Shown here: positions 55,601-64,000 of the stretch, one piece after another
How the letters are laid out: each line of letters begins with the position of its first letter
How positions within the stretch are numbered: position 1 is the first letter of the stretch
Origin: Candidatus Kaiserbacteria bacterium
GTDB taxonomy: Bacteria; Patescibacteriota; Minisyncoccia; Phycocordibacterales; Phycocordibacteraceae
Length of the DNA stretch: 64,000 nucleotides
Reading direction: 5' to 3'
NCBI GenBank assembly: GCA_029288865.1
Contig: JARIGM010000017.1
Span: 7,131 to 71,130, forward strand
Translations under genes and position numbers: made by a program
The notes under the pieces: model-generated
Told to the model about the DNA's origin: nothing
The model's input: only the letters and a program-made list of their open reading frames with translations
Databases searched by the model: none

Positions 55601-57114
55601 CCGACGTTGACTCGAATTGGAATGGTGTCGTAGATGAAGGCTCTGTTCCAAGTGAAGACAATAACTGTACTAACTGGCAGAACCTTACTGTGGCGGCACC
55701 GAATCTTACGCCAGGTGCGCTCACTCCGACGAGTGCAGTAGCGGGCAGTCCTGTAACATTCAGCTCAGACATCACTAATAGCGGAAATTCTGACGCTCCT
55801 TCATTCCCTGTGCGTTTCCAAATTCAGGAGAATGGCGATGTATTCACGAGTACGTATAGCGGTTCTGCGCTTCCTGCTGGTTGGCTGCGTACTATGTCGG
55901 GTAGTTATACATTCGCCAGTGCCGGTACTTATCATGTGCAAGCATGTGCAAACGAGAACGCGGCAGGTACGATGATCGTTCAAGAGTCGAACTATAGAGA
56001 TAACTGTACTGCTTGGACTGCCGTCACGGTGAGTCCGCAACCGAAGCCGGACCTCATACCAGGTAGCGCTCCGACCATAACAATCACTCGTGGCCAGACG
56101 GCAACGGTAACCGGAAGCGTCACAAACAGCGGAAACCTTGGTGCTACTAGTTTCCCGACAATGTTCGCGACGAATCTTAATCAAGCACAGAATGGATGGA
56201 ATACCATGCAGGCCGGCCCGACGGTCAGCTCGCTTGCGGTGAACGGCACCACGAACATAACGAGCACGTTCCCTGCAACTACCTTTCCGACAGCTGGTAC
56301 GTATACATACACCTACTGTGTGAATACGGACACAAGCTGGAGTCATCCGCTCGATGAGGGTACAGCGACCGGTAATGACTGTGCGTGGCCATATGGTTCT
56401 ATTATTGTGAATGACCCGACCTATCCAGATCTCATCGTTACCAGTGCACCGAATGTCTCGGCTCAGGTAGGACAGGTACAGAACATCACGCTCAGCGGTA
56501 CGGTGAAGAACCAGGGCACCGCAGATGCTGGATCGTTCCATAATCTTATGGCGACGAATCAAACGCAAAACGGATGGAGCGACTCGACCGACGCGACAAC
56601 TATCAGCTCGCTTGCTCAGGGACAGTCTGCGACGGTATCCGGATCGTTCCCGCCAGGAACCTTCACGAGCCCAGGTTCATATGTGTACGAGATATGTACG
56701 AACATGAACCGAAGCAACGGATGGGCTGCAGACCTCGATGAGGGCACCTCGGCGAATAAGGGTAATAACTGTACAACCGGTGTCATAACAGTATCCCCAC
56801 CGCCACCGCCACCGAGCTGTTCAGGCACTCCGACACTCAGCCTGACATCTAATCCGAGCCGTGTGGTCAAGAATGGTAGTGCGACATTGTCATGGCGTGT
56901 CACCAACACCTTGAACGCATGTACGGTGAAGAACTCGAGCGGCGCGACTCTCGCGACGATACCAGCAGGGCAGTGCTCGGATGTGGCGACCAGCTCGATG
57001 AGCACTGGACCGCTCACTAAGCAGACCGTGTACTCGCTCAACTGTTCGAATGCTGGAACTGCCTATGCGACCACGACTGTCGTGAACGTAGTGCCGAAAT
57101 ACGGCGAATTCTAA
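52660..57114 (+). CDS. Large secreted CARDB/Ig-like repeat protein (1484 aa), cassette 3
   Basis: Signal peptide; CARDB-like repeats; C-terminal ~105 aa nearly identical to cassette 2; ends VVNVVPKYGEF. Confidence 0.8.
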   Translation: MKKILIPLVLLASLTVAAPHMALANDGGSCDSTIYQGNSIVFSAEDAPGGSNAATYELDMSGPSNMTVTQRQNYGGGTQPPTYGIMATFPFNKPGSYTITARIYDINYPVGYQQGGASGAVPLQINAGTYDNPQAQKAWVADQNANPPTCTITVQPTPKPDLVPGTGQTIYGTVGQNVAIPASVTNSGNADASGFTVWFNSNGQNPTVSVGGLGAGASQDVSTTLQSSGWGAGTYSYQYCVDQYGQVDESSEDNNCTSGSIILNNPPSPDVAITDIWQSGTAIAGQPVTLWAYEQNNGNADSGNFTVQFFSSDGSVNAYSGNVYLTSSGGAANTSISYTFPSAGTYYLKACASVANDSNGANNCSADWIPVTVYPVPTASLSLSPNSVPYGGSATLSWYCGNADSCGGTNFSTNGQVSGSVTVSATQTTTYSLWSNGPGGNTPAYQTLTVGPPYPDLTAGTGGPLTVVSKANFSLGGTVYNIGDTGTPSSFNNLVQICDRNDGTCPNYYQGMSSGMSALANGNSQGTSFTAHIDAPGTYYYRLCADLDTSGNGTIAESNERNNCGVWQSITVLAPDLTVGGINTTYGVLGQSVSVSGTAINNGNASTGGFNSMFVTNWNGSSWQTITSANWTSNLGPGGSASIGGTFPANAFSHRGTYQYAYCAGIDSSWNWSLNNESNTNNNCISGGSLVIQAPDLTAGGVSLSGTAIAGQPTGFNATAYNNGDYGSNAFPVMFQVQNSSGQDVAYVTSGYVGGLAPGGSTGASASTVLSSAGTYNVRACANRNSSWGLVVTNDTDTTNDCGGWTSFTLYPVPTASISLSPSSVAYGGSTTVTWSCASGATSCAGTNFNTNGAMSGSVTVSATQTTTYTVWANGPGGTTSAAQTLSVGPPYPDLTASITSGWITATMNTSFTMNGTVSNIGNAATPGSFPNMVQICDSNCATYNQRYSASTAALANGQSRAISFTASIPTAGSYYFRICADVDSNWNGVVDEGSVPSEDNNCTNWQNLTVAAPNLTPGALTPTSAVAGSPVTFSSDITNSGNSDAPSFPVRFQIQENGDVFTSTYSGSALPAGWLRTMSGSYTFASAGTYHVQACANENAAGTMIVQESNYRDNCTAWTAVTVSPQPKPDLIPGSAPTITITRGQTATVTGSVTNSGNLGATSFPTMFATNLNQAQNGWNTMQAGPTVSSLAVNGTTNITSTFPATTFPTAGTYTYTYCVNTDTSWSHPLDEGTATGNDCAWPYGSIIVNDPTYPDLIVTSAPNVSAQVGQVQNITLSGTVKNQGTADAGSFHNLMATNQTQNGWSDSTDATTISSLAQGQSATVSGSFPPGTFTSPGSYVYEICTNMNRSNGWAADLDEGTSANKGNNCTTGVITVSPPPPPPSCSGTPTLSLTSNPSRVVKNGSATLSWRVTNTLNACTVKNSSGATLATIPAGQCSDVATSSMSTGPLTKQTVYSLNCSNAGTAYATTTVVNVVPKYGEF

Positions 57115-57159
57115 AAGATTTGCCCGCCAGGGTCTCTTCTGGTATAGTGAAAATCACGT

Positions 57160-57408
57160 ATGAAAAAGGATATCCACCCAGCAAATTACCGCACGGTGAT
57201 GTTTGAGGACCTCGCTTCTGGCGAAGTATTCCTCATCGGTTCGACCGTGAAGACCACTGAGACTGGCACATATAAGGGCCAGGACTACCCGAAGATGGTC
57301 GTTGAAATCTCGAGCAAATCGCACCCGTTTTACACTGGTGAAGACCGCACTCTCGATAAGACAGGACGCGTCGAGCGCTTCAAGCAGCGCGCTGCAAAGA
57401 AGAAATAA
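57160..57408 (+). CDS. rpmE: 50S ribosomal protein L31 type B (Cys-free)
   Basis: MKKDIHPANYR...EISSKSHPFYTG...GRVERF. Confidence 0.95.
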   Translation: MKKDIHPANYRTVMFEDLASGEVFLIGSTVKTTETGTYKGQDYPKMVVEISSKSHPFYTGEDRTLDKTGRVERFKQRAAKKK

Positions 57409-57414
57409 AGCTTC

Positions 57415-57515
57415 AGAGGCAGTAGCATTTTTAGGTACGCTGTATTTTTCCGCTGAAAAATCAGCTCGCTCTCGCGCCGACGCGCTCCGAGAGCACTAAA
57501 AATGCTACTGCCTCT
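57415..57515. repeat. Structured intergenic element, copy 1
   Basis: 20-bp perfect outer inverted repeat enclosing a core shared with 62447-62600. Confidence 0.75.
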
Positions 57516-57581
57516 TTCGCGTTGAGTGCCTCTCGCAATTAAGTGAAATAAACCTAAGTTTCTGCTAGTATTGGCCTATAC

Positions 57582-58532
57582 ATGGAATATTCTCCGGAGT
57601 TCAAGAAGAATCACTCGACTGCGTATCTAGCGGGGGAGTACGAACGGCTCGCTGCAGAAGCAGAAGAGTCCAAGCAAGCTGCGGGCGATGACCCGGAGCT
57701 TCTCGAAATGTCCCAAGAGGATCTTACGCGTATCGCGGCGCGTCAGCAGGAGATTCTTCAGGAAATCCAGCAGATCCTAGACAAGGATAAAGAGGAGGAA
57801 GAGAAGGCGAAGGCGATCGTGCTGGAATTCCGTGCCGGAGCAGGCGGCGATGAGGCGACACTCTTTGCCCAGGAACTTCGGGAAATGTATCAAAAATACG
57901 CTGAATCCAAAGGTTGGCGTGTGCGCATGATCGACGAGCTGACGCTAGAGATCGAGGGCGCTGATGCGTATGATGCGCTTCGCTACGAGACGGGTGTGCA
58001 TCGAGTGCAGCGCGTGCCGGTGACGGAGAAGTCCGGCCGTATCCATACGTCTACGGCCTCGGTCGCTGCCATGCCGATCCGCACGAAGCCGAAATTCGAG
58101 ATAAACCCGGCGGACATCGAGATGGAGTTTTCTCGCGCCGGAGGTGCAGGCGGTCAGAACGTGAACAAGGTGGAGAGTGCCGTGCGTCTCATCCATAAGC
58201 CGACCGGCATCGACGTGCGCTCTACGAGCGAACGTACCCAGCTCGGAAACCGCGAAAAGGCTATGAGCATCCTCGCTGCAAAGCTCGATTCATTAGCCGA
58301 AGAGGAAGAAGCTAAGAAGCATGCAGCGCTCCGCAGCGGCCAGATCGGAACGGCAGACCGTTCGGAAAAGATCCGCACGTATAACTTCCTCCAGGACCGC
58401 ATCACGGACCACCGCATCAAGGAATCCTGGCACAACCTCCCGAAGATTATGCTCGGCGCGATTGACCCGATCATTGAGGCCCTCCAGGCTGCAGCCGCGG
58501 AAGGCGGCATCGGCGCCGCCGAAGAAGATTAG
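57582..58532 (+). CDS. prfA: Peptide chain release factor 1
   Basis: [12 protein letters not shown] (PxT), [28 protein letters not shown]. Confidence 0.95.
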   Translation: MEYSPEFKKNHSTAYLAGEYERLAAEAEESKQAAGDDPELLEMSQEDLTRIAARQQEILQEIQQILDKDKEEEEKAKAIVLEFRAGAGGDEATLFAQELREMYQKYAESKGWRVRMIDELTLEIEGADAYDALRYETGVHRVQRVPVTEKSGRIHTSTASVAAMPIRTKPKFEINPADIEMEFSRAGGAGGQNVNKVESAVRLIHKPTGIDVRSTSERTQLGNREKAMSILAAKLDSLAEEEEAKKHAALRSGQIGTADRSEKIRTYNFLQDRITDHRIKESWHNLPKIMLGAIDPIIEALQAAAAEGGIGAAEED

Positions 58533-58573
58533 GCGCCTTTGCGCGTTTTTGGGCCTTATGGTATCTTTTTCCT

Positions 58574-59275
58574 ATGACTACCGATACTACGGCAGGAGTT
58601 GGCGTTGACCGTCTCTTCGAGACGGGCGCTCATTTTGCGCAGCTCAAGAGCCGCCGCCACCCTTCAATGAAACGCTTTATTTTGGGCGCGAAATCTCGCG
58701 TTGAGATTTTCGACCTCGAAAAGACCAATGCTCAGCTCGCTGAGGCAAAGGCCGCTCTTACTGCTCTCGCTCGCGATGGCAAGACCGTCCTCTTCGTTGG
58801 TGGGAAGCGTGAAGTGACCGATCAGGTCCGTGAGGCAGCTACCCGCATCGGACAGCCATTCGTCGCTGGACGCTGGCTCGGTGGCACCATCTCGAACTTC
58901 ACTGAGATCAAGAAGCGTATCGACCGCCTCGCAGACCTCCTCCAGAAGCGCGATTCAGGCGAGCTCGCAAAGCTTTACACCAAGCTCGAGCGCCTCTACA
59001 TTGACCGCGAAATCACTCGTCTCCTTGAGCGTCTCGAAGGCCTCCGCGACCTTGCTAAGAAGCCAGATGCGATGGTCATCGTCGACACGAAGCATGAGGC
59101 TCATGCAACTCGTGAAGCGCTTGCTGCTGGCATTCCGATCATCGGCATCATCAGCTCAGACTGCAACGCGAAGGAGTCAGCATATCCGATTGTCGCGAAC
59201 GATTCGTCTCGCGAAACGGTCAAGCTTCTCTTGAACGAGCTTGCAAACGCGTACGACGAAGGTCGCCGCGCGTAA
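58574..59275 (+). CDS. rpsB: 30S ribosomal protein S2
   Basis: LFETGAHF...HPSMK, LFVGGK, RWLGGTISNF. Confidence 0.95.
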   Translation: MTTDTTAGVGVDRLFETGAHFAQLKSRRHPSMKRFILGAKSRVEIFDLEKTNAQLAEAKAALTALARDGKTVLFVGGKREVTDQVREAATRIGQPFVAGRWLGGTISNFTEIKKRIDRLADLLQKRDSGELAKLYTKLERLYIDREITRLLERLEGLRDLAKKPDAMVIVDTKHEAHATREALAAGIPIIGIISSDCNAKESAYPIVANDSSRETVKLLLNELANAYDEGRRA

Positions 59276-59328
59276 GCCATAAGAAGTGTGCGCAAAACGT
59301 GCCCTTTTACATAATCACTTAATACGAT

Positions 59329-59913
59329 ATGGAAATCTCAATGGACGTGCTGAAAGAGCTCCGCGATAAGACTGGCGTATCAGTCATGCAATGCAAGAAA
59401 GCCCTCGAAGAAGCGGGTGGTGATGTCGCACAGGCAGAAGTGATCCTCCGCAAGAAAAGCGGTGCAGCTGCTGAGAAGAAGGGAGACCGCGAGCTTGGTG
59501 CAGGCGCTATCGGCACATATGTCCACGGCGGCGAAATCGGCGCAATGGTGCTCCTTTCATGCGAGACTGACTTCGTATCACGCAATGAAGAATTTCCAGC
59601 GCTTGCTCGCGAGATCGCGATGCAGGTAGCAGCAACCAATCCGACATACATCACGGACGAGGATATCGCTCCTGAGGCACGTGAGGCAGCTCGCAGCGTC
59701 TTCATGGGCGAGGTTGCAGATAAGCCGGCAGAGATGCAGGAAAAGATCCTCGAGGGCAAGATGAAGTCGTATTTCCAGGACCAGGTCCTCATGGCGCAGC
59801 AGTACATCAAGGATGACAGCAAGACTGTCACTGACCTTATCACCGAGGCAGCCCAGAAGTTCGGCGAGCGTGTCGTGATCTCGAAGATCGCCCGCTTCTC
59901 CGCACGCGGGTAA
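59329..59913 (+). CDS. tsf: Elongation factor Ts (short form)
   Basis: LRDKTGVSVMQCKKAL, CETDFV, IAMQVAA.NP. Confidence 0.95.
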   Translation: MEISMDVLKELRDKTGVSVMQCKKALEEAGGDVAQAEVILRKKSGAAAEKKGDRELGAGAIGTYVHGGEIGAMVLLSCETDFVSRNEEFPALAREIAMQVAATNPTYITDEDIAPEAREAARSVFMGEVADKPAEMQEKILEGKMKSYFQDQVLMAQQYIKDDSKTVTDLITEAAQKFGERVVISKIARFSARG

Positions 59914-59915
59914 AT

Positions 59916-60317
59916 ATGCTCTATCTCGGCCTCGTCGGTATCAGCTGCGTCCTCTGCGGGGGATTCTTGCTCTTCGCGACGATGGAGACGCGCTCCGACA
60001 AGCGAATGCTTGCAGGGGCGCGTGGGCGTTTAGATGAGCAGGTGGGCCGTCTCTTCTTCATTGTTGAGCACGTGAATTGGAGCGAATTCCTCTCCCATTC
60101 GATTCGTGGTCTCTTTGCACGTATCCTGCATGATACGGCTCATCTTTTCTTGCAGATCATCCGTTTCATTGAGCGACAGCTGACCCGTACAGTGCGCTAC
60201 CTACGTGATCGTCGTCCTCACGTATTGGCACCAAAACCATCGCGCCAGTCGTTCATGACGACAACCCGCAACTATCTTTCAGCGCGCCTTCATCGTCCTA
60301 AAGACTCTGCGGAATAG
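59916..60317 (+). CDS. Hypothetical membrane protein
   Basis: 133 aa, N-terminal TM, basic. Confidence 0.6.
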   Translation: MLYLGLVGISCVLCGGFLLFATMETRSDKRMLAGARGRLDEQVGRLFFIVEHVNWSEFLSHSIRGLFARILHDTAHLFLQIIRFIERQLTRTVRYLRDRRPHVLAPKPSRQSFMTTTRNYLSARLHRPKDSAE

Positions 60318-60361
60318 GACGCTTGAATCAAGCGAAAATGATGATACTGTAGAGAGTAATT

Positions 60362-60437
60362 GCCGCCTTAGCTCAGTTGGTAGAGCAACACTTTTGTAAA
60401 GTGAAGGTCCCCGGTTCGAGCCCGGGAGGCGGCTCCA
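60362..60437 (+). tRNA. tRNA-Thr(UGU)
   Basis: GCCGCCT/AGGCGGC acceptor stem, D arm GCTC/GAGC, anticodon loop TT-TGT-AA, TTCGA T-loop, encoded CCA. Confidence 0.95.
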
Positions 60438-60440
60438 AAT

Positions 60441-61148
60441 TTATTTCTTAGAAGTCGTGCTGGTCGAGGTCGCAGCAGTCGTGGTGCCGAACATTCCCTT
60501 CGGGAAATTCGTCTCGAAATTATCGAGCGAGGTGAATCCATACACTTGCTTCCCATTGATGACGAAAGCAGGGAATTGCGGCTGCACTTTCTCGATGGAT
60601 TCGAGTGTCTTCAATGCTGCAAGGTCGAGGTTGTAGTCAAAGGAATAGACGCGAAGCGAAGGGTCTATCTGGTGGAGATATGAAAGGTTGTAGGCAGCGC
60701 GACCGCAGCTCTGCTTACACTCTGCGTCCGAGTTCGAGTAGAAATACAGCACGACGTTCGGCTTCAAGTGGCAGGTTTTCGAGAGTTGCTTCGTAAGGAT
60801 GTAATCGCGGATCTCGAGGAGTGTATATTCTTGCTTGAGTTGCGTGACTTGCGCATCGTTTGCGCCAAGGTGATTCTCAGCATATGAAAGCTTGTCGCCA
60901 AGGCTGCTCAACTCCTGGGAGAAGGTCGTGTCTTCAGACGAGGTGCTCGTGAAGTTTTCGCATGGTGCGCTTTCAAGCAGCGAGAACTGCGTCTCCACTG
61001 AAAGGGTATCCGTCGAGAGCTGGTTCTCGATCGAGGTGAGTTCCTGGACGCGCTGCTGGTTCAGGTAATTCACGGCATACACGACCGTGCCGATAATGAG
61101 GCCGGTAATGATGAGCGAGATGAGAACATTGCGGGTGAATAGTGACAT
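60441..61148 (-). CDS. Membrane-anchored thioredoxin-like hypothetical protein
   Basis: N-terminal TM; VLYFYS...CKQSC; PAFVINGK. Confidence 0.6.
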   Translation of the reverse strand: MSLFTRNVLISLIITGLIIGTVVYAVNYLNQQRVQELTSIENQLSTDTLSVETQFSLLESAPCENFTSTSSEDTTFSQELSSLGDKLSYAENHLGANDAQVTQLKQEYTLLEIRDYILTKQLSKTCHLKPNVVLYFYSNSDAECKQSCGRAAYNLSYLHQIDPSLRVYSFDYNLDLAALKTLESIEKVQPQFPAFVINGKQVYGFTSLDNFETNFPKGMFGTTTAATSTSTTSKK

Positions 61149-61175
61149 AGGGATTTTTTTAGATACTAGCACGTT

Positions 61176-62420
61176 TTAGCGCCACGAGCGGCGGGTGCCC
61201 GTCATGACATCGAGTATGGTACGCATGAGCCAGAAGGGCGCGATGAGTCCATACAAGAACATGAACGCGACGATGCCCGAGAAGAGGCGGCTTGGGGTAT
61301 TCGAGATACGCTTGCCGACCACGATAAGACCGATCGTGCCGAGAGTGATGATCGTACCGAGCATGGCCACTGCAGTGAGCGGAATGTAATACCAGCCAAG
61401 ATTGCTGAAGTGGGGTACGAGCGAATACGAGAGAGGCACGCCTCTGATGAGCGTGTAGGTCGAGATGATCTGCGTGATGACTTGAATGATCACGAGGAAG
61501 AATAAGAAAAGGCCCGCGACGATGGCGAGTACGCCGAGCGGCAGTACGAGGAGTCCGAGCGCGCCGAACTTCCGGTTGCCCAGCATGTCGCGATAATCAT
61601 AGAGGACATTTCGTACGAAGCCGGTCGTCCAGCGCGTGCGTTGCTTGATGAGCGCTCGGACCGTCATGGGCGCTGTCGTATAGACGCGGGCGCGCGGCGC
61701 GTTGTCGATCAGATAGCCTGCCCGCTGCATGCGGAGTGCCATTTCCATGTCTTCTGCGTTATGTGCCTTGCGGAAACCGCCCAATTCAAGCACGAGGTCG
61801 CGACGATAGAATGAAAACGGCCCTGGCGTCACATAGAGACCGTTCACTGCGGCGAGTATATGACGGAGTGCGATACCCATAATGTACTCAGCATTTTGCA
61901 TTGCTTGGAGGATGTTCTTCGGCTCATAGACGGACATTGCCGCAGTGACCGCAGCAATCCTCGGGTTGTCGAAATAGCCGATGATTTCGCGAAGCGCATC
62001 AGGCGCCACGAAAGAGTCGGCGTCCAGGCCGCCGATGTACTCGGCGCTCGTTGCCGCTTCGATGCCCATGTTGAGCGCGCTGTGCTTGCCGCCATTCTCT
62101 TTGTGGATCACGAGGATCTGCGGAGTGCCGACATAGCTGTCCATCACTGCGGCAGTGTTGTCTTTGGACCCGTCATTCACGAGTACGATCTGGAGCTTAT
62201 CTTTGGGGTAGTCGAGGGCGAGCAGGGAATCGATGGTGCCTTTGATAGTGTCTTGTTCGTTGTAGCAGGGAACGACGATGGCTACGGGCGGCGTGAAGTC
62301 GGAGACAACCTTATTGCGGCGTTCGCGCGCTGGCTTCGAGAGGTAGGTGACGAGAAGAAACGTTTCGAAGAAAAGCGTGATAAAGAGAATAGGATACGTC
62401 CAAGCGCTGAGGTCGATCAT
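61176..62420 (-). CDS. Glycosyltransferase family 2 (processive, multi-TM)
   Basis: VPCYNE, NDGSKD, GGKHSALN, DADS, AED, QRTRW; true start MIDLSAW at 62420. Confidence 0.9.
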   Translation of the reverse strand: MIDLSAWTYPILFITLFFETFLLVTYLSKPARERRNKVVSDFTPPVAIVVPCYNEQDTIKGTIDSLLALDYPKDKLQIVLVNDGSKDNTAAVMDSYVGTPQILVIHKENGGKHSALNMGIEAATSAEYIGGLDADSFVAPDALREIIGYFDNPRIAAVTAAMSVYEPKNILQAMQNAEYIMGIALRHILAAVNGLYVTPGPFSFYRRDLVLELGGFRKAHNAEDMEMALRMQRAGYLIDNAPRARVYTTAPMTVRALIKQRTRWTTGFVRNVLYDYRDMLGNRKFGALGLLVLPLGVLAIVAGLFLFFLVIIQVITQIISTYTLIRGVPLSYSLVPHFSNLGWYYIPLTAVAMLGTIITLGTIGLIVVGKRISNTPSRLFSGIVAFMFLYGLIAPFWLMRTILDVMTGTRRSWR

Positions 62421-62446
62421 ACCGCGTATAATAAGAGTATTATACC

Positions 62447-62600
62447 ACACCCTGAGCATATGCGGTAGTAAGGTACGCTGTCGTTTTCTGCTGAAAACGC
62501 AGCTCGCTCTCGAACGGGTGAATTTGCTCGCAGCCGCCTTACGGCTCGCAAATATCACTCGTTCTCCGAGAGCCCTCACTACCGCATATGCTCAGGGTGT
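62447..62600. repeat. Structured intergenic element, copy 2
   Basis: 23-bp perfect outer inverted repeat enclosing a core shared with 57415-57515. Confidence 0.75.
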
Positions 62601-62644
62601 AGCACCTTACTTCTCGGCATTATTCGATGTATAGTGGCGTATAT

Positions 62645-63382
62645 ATGGCAGAGCACGGGCGGTTGCATCCGATCACGATTGCGGTACGCGAGATTGCGGA
62701 CATCTTTGGTCGCATGGGCTTCGGTGTGGCGTACGGTCCTGAGCTTGAGGACGAGTGGTACAACTTCACGGCCCTCAACGTGCCAGCGGATCATCCGGCA
62801 CGCGACATGCAGGATACCTTCTGGATTAAGGATCGAGATAATCAAGTGCTCCGCACGCACACTACGTCGGTGACGATTCGCTGCCTCGAAGAGATGGCAA
62901 AGAGCGGCGTCGAGCATATGCGCATGATCGCTCCATCTAAAGTGTTTCGAAATGAGGCGACTGACATGACGCACGAAGCGCAGTTCTATCAGCTCGACGG
63001 ATTCGCAGTTGGAAAGATCGGTGAGGTGTCACTCGCGCATCTCAAAGGCACATTCGATCAATTTTATCGCGAATATCTCGGCGAGAATGCGCAGGTCCGT
63101 TTCCGCCCCAGCTTCTTCCCGTTCACCGAACCATCGGTTGAGATCGATGTGTGGTATGAGCCCAAAGGAAAGGAAGGCCGTTGGCTTGAAATGTCTGGCG
63201 CGGGAATGTTGCATCCAAATGTGCTTAAGAATGCGGGCCTTGATCCGGAGAAATATGCTGGCTTCGCGTTCGGCGGTGGGCTCGAGCGATTGGTGATGGT
63301 AAAGCATGGCGTCACGGACGTGCGCTATTTCCATTCGGGAGATCTGCGATTCGTATACGGATTTGAAGAATCCGTCTCATAA
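62645..63382 (+). CDS. pheS: Phenylalanine--tRNA ligase alpha subunit (short, no N-terminal coiled coil)
   Basis: GRLHPI, NFTALNVP.DHPARDMQDTF, FRNE, FPFTEPS, GFAFG.GLERL. Confidence 0.96.
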   Translation: MAEHGRLHPITIAVREIADIFGRMGFGVAYGPELEDEWYNFTALNVPADHPARDMQDTFWIKDRDNQVLRTHTTSVTIRCLEEMAKSGVEHMRMIAPSKVFRNEATDMTHEAQFYQLDGFAVGKIGEVSLAHLKGTFDQFYREYLGENAQVRFRPSFFPFTEPSVEIDVWYEPKGKEGRWLEMSGAGMLHPNVLKNAGLDPEKYAGFAFGGGLERLVMVKHGVTDVRYFHSGDLRFVYGFEESVS

Positions 63383-63384
63383 CT

Positions 63385-64000
63385 ATGAAAGTCTCACGGA
63401 AATGGCTCCAGAAGTTTTTTGATACTGAACTGCCAAGCGCAGAGCAGATCGCTGATGCGCTCACATTCCATGTGTTCGAAATCGAAGAAACGGAATCGCA
63501 TGGGGATGACACTATCCTCGATGTGAAGGTGCTGCCGGACCGCGCGGCATACGGGCTTTCACACCGGAGCGTGGCGTATGAGCTTTCAGCGATTTTGAAT
63601 ATGCCGCTGAATGCGGACCCGCTTCGCGCTGTCTTGCCGGAAATGCCTGCGACAAATGAGCTTGCGATCAATCTCGAATCAGAGAAGTGCCTGCGCTATA
63701 TGGGAACGCTGGTGCGTGGCGTGAAAGTAGGACCGTCTCCTTCGTGGCTCGAGGAAGCCCTCGAATCGGTTGGGCAGCGTTCGATCAATAACGTCGTAGA
63801 TGCGACGAACTTCGTGATGCTGAATATCGGCCAGCCGCTCCATGCGTTCGATGCCGCAAGGCTTGCGAAGAAAGATGAGAAATATGCGATTAGTGTGCGC
63901 GGCGCGCATGAAGGCGAAAAGATCACGACGCTCACTGGTGAAGAATTCATCCTTCCAGAAGGAACGCTACTCATCACCGATGCGAATGCAGATGCGCCGA
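63385..64000 (+). CDS. pheT: Phenylalanine--tRNA ligase beta subunit, partial
   Basis: MKVSRKWLQKFF...LDVKVLPDR...SINNVVDATNFVM...GQPLHAFD; runs off window. Confidence 0.93.
   Translation, partial: MKVSRKWLQKFFDTELPSAEQIADALTFHVFEIEETESHGDDTILDVKVLPDRAAYGLSHRSVAYELSAILNMPLNADPLRAVLPEMPATNELAINLESEKCLRYMGTLVRGVKVGPSPSWLEEALESVGQRSINNVVDATNFVMLNIGQPLHAFDAARLAKKDEKYAISVRGAHEGEKITTLTGEEFILPEGTLLITDANADAP

Noticed and set aside
60362-60437. tRNA-Thr as prophage attachment site
   Set aside because: 28 kb from the integrase, separated by housekeeping genes, and no duplicate 3' end seen
62421-62644. T-box riboswitch upstream of pheS; N-terminal extension of GT2 to 62579
   Set aside because: No T-box consensus (AAGGTGGTACC-like) seen; the extension translates the palindromic element and is not protein-like
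1-64000. CRISPR array or rRNA
   Set aside because: No regularly spaced repeat-spacer series, cas genes or rRNA-like sequence seen
1-64000. Very frequent TCGA/CTCGA words as a repeat family
   Set aside because: Explained by codon usage (CTC/ATC/GTC followed by GAx) throughout coding regions

Overview
The window has two parts. (1) Positions 1 to about 32.3 kb are the right-hand portion of an integrated siphovirus-like prophage, almost all on the + strand. It carries a partial C5 methyltransferase, terminase, HK97-type head genes, a non-contractile tail module with a programmed -1 frameshift, and lysis genes. An accessory block follows: an orphan PemK/MazF toxin, a tightly coupled methyltransferase/unknown/ParB-like/SNF2 helicase/PD-(D/E)XK nuclease operon (candidate undescribed defence system), and a complete diversity-generating retroelement (DGR). 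The DGR has a 113-bp VR/TR pair with 10 mismatches, all at TR adenines, and an avd gene inverted head-to-head with the RT. TrpR-like, PRTase-like and tyrosine integrase genes close the prophage. It appears to end in a GAPDH 3' remnant (probable attR) that has its own promoter and ATG. (2) About 32.4-64 kb is host chromosome with hallmarks of Patescibacteria/CPR (Parcubacteria-like; inference). It holds pentose-phosphate/glycolysis genes, three type IV pilins, rplY, a lytic transglycosylase, and three tandem two-gene cassettes (membrane-anchored protein plus giant Cys-rich CARDB/Ig-repeat protein ending VVNVVPKxxEF). It also holds rpmE, prfA, rpsB, tsf, tRNA-Thr, a GT2 and pheS/pheT, plus two copies of an unnamed structured intergenic element with compensatory base changes. 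All calls come from motif reading by eye; no database searches were run.
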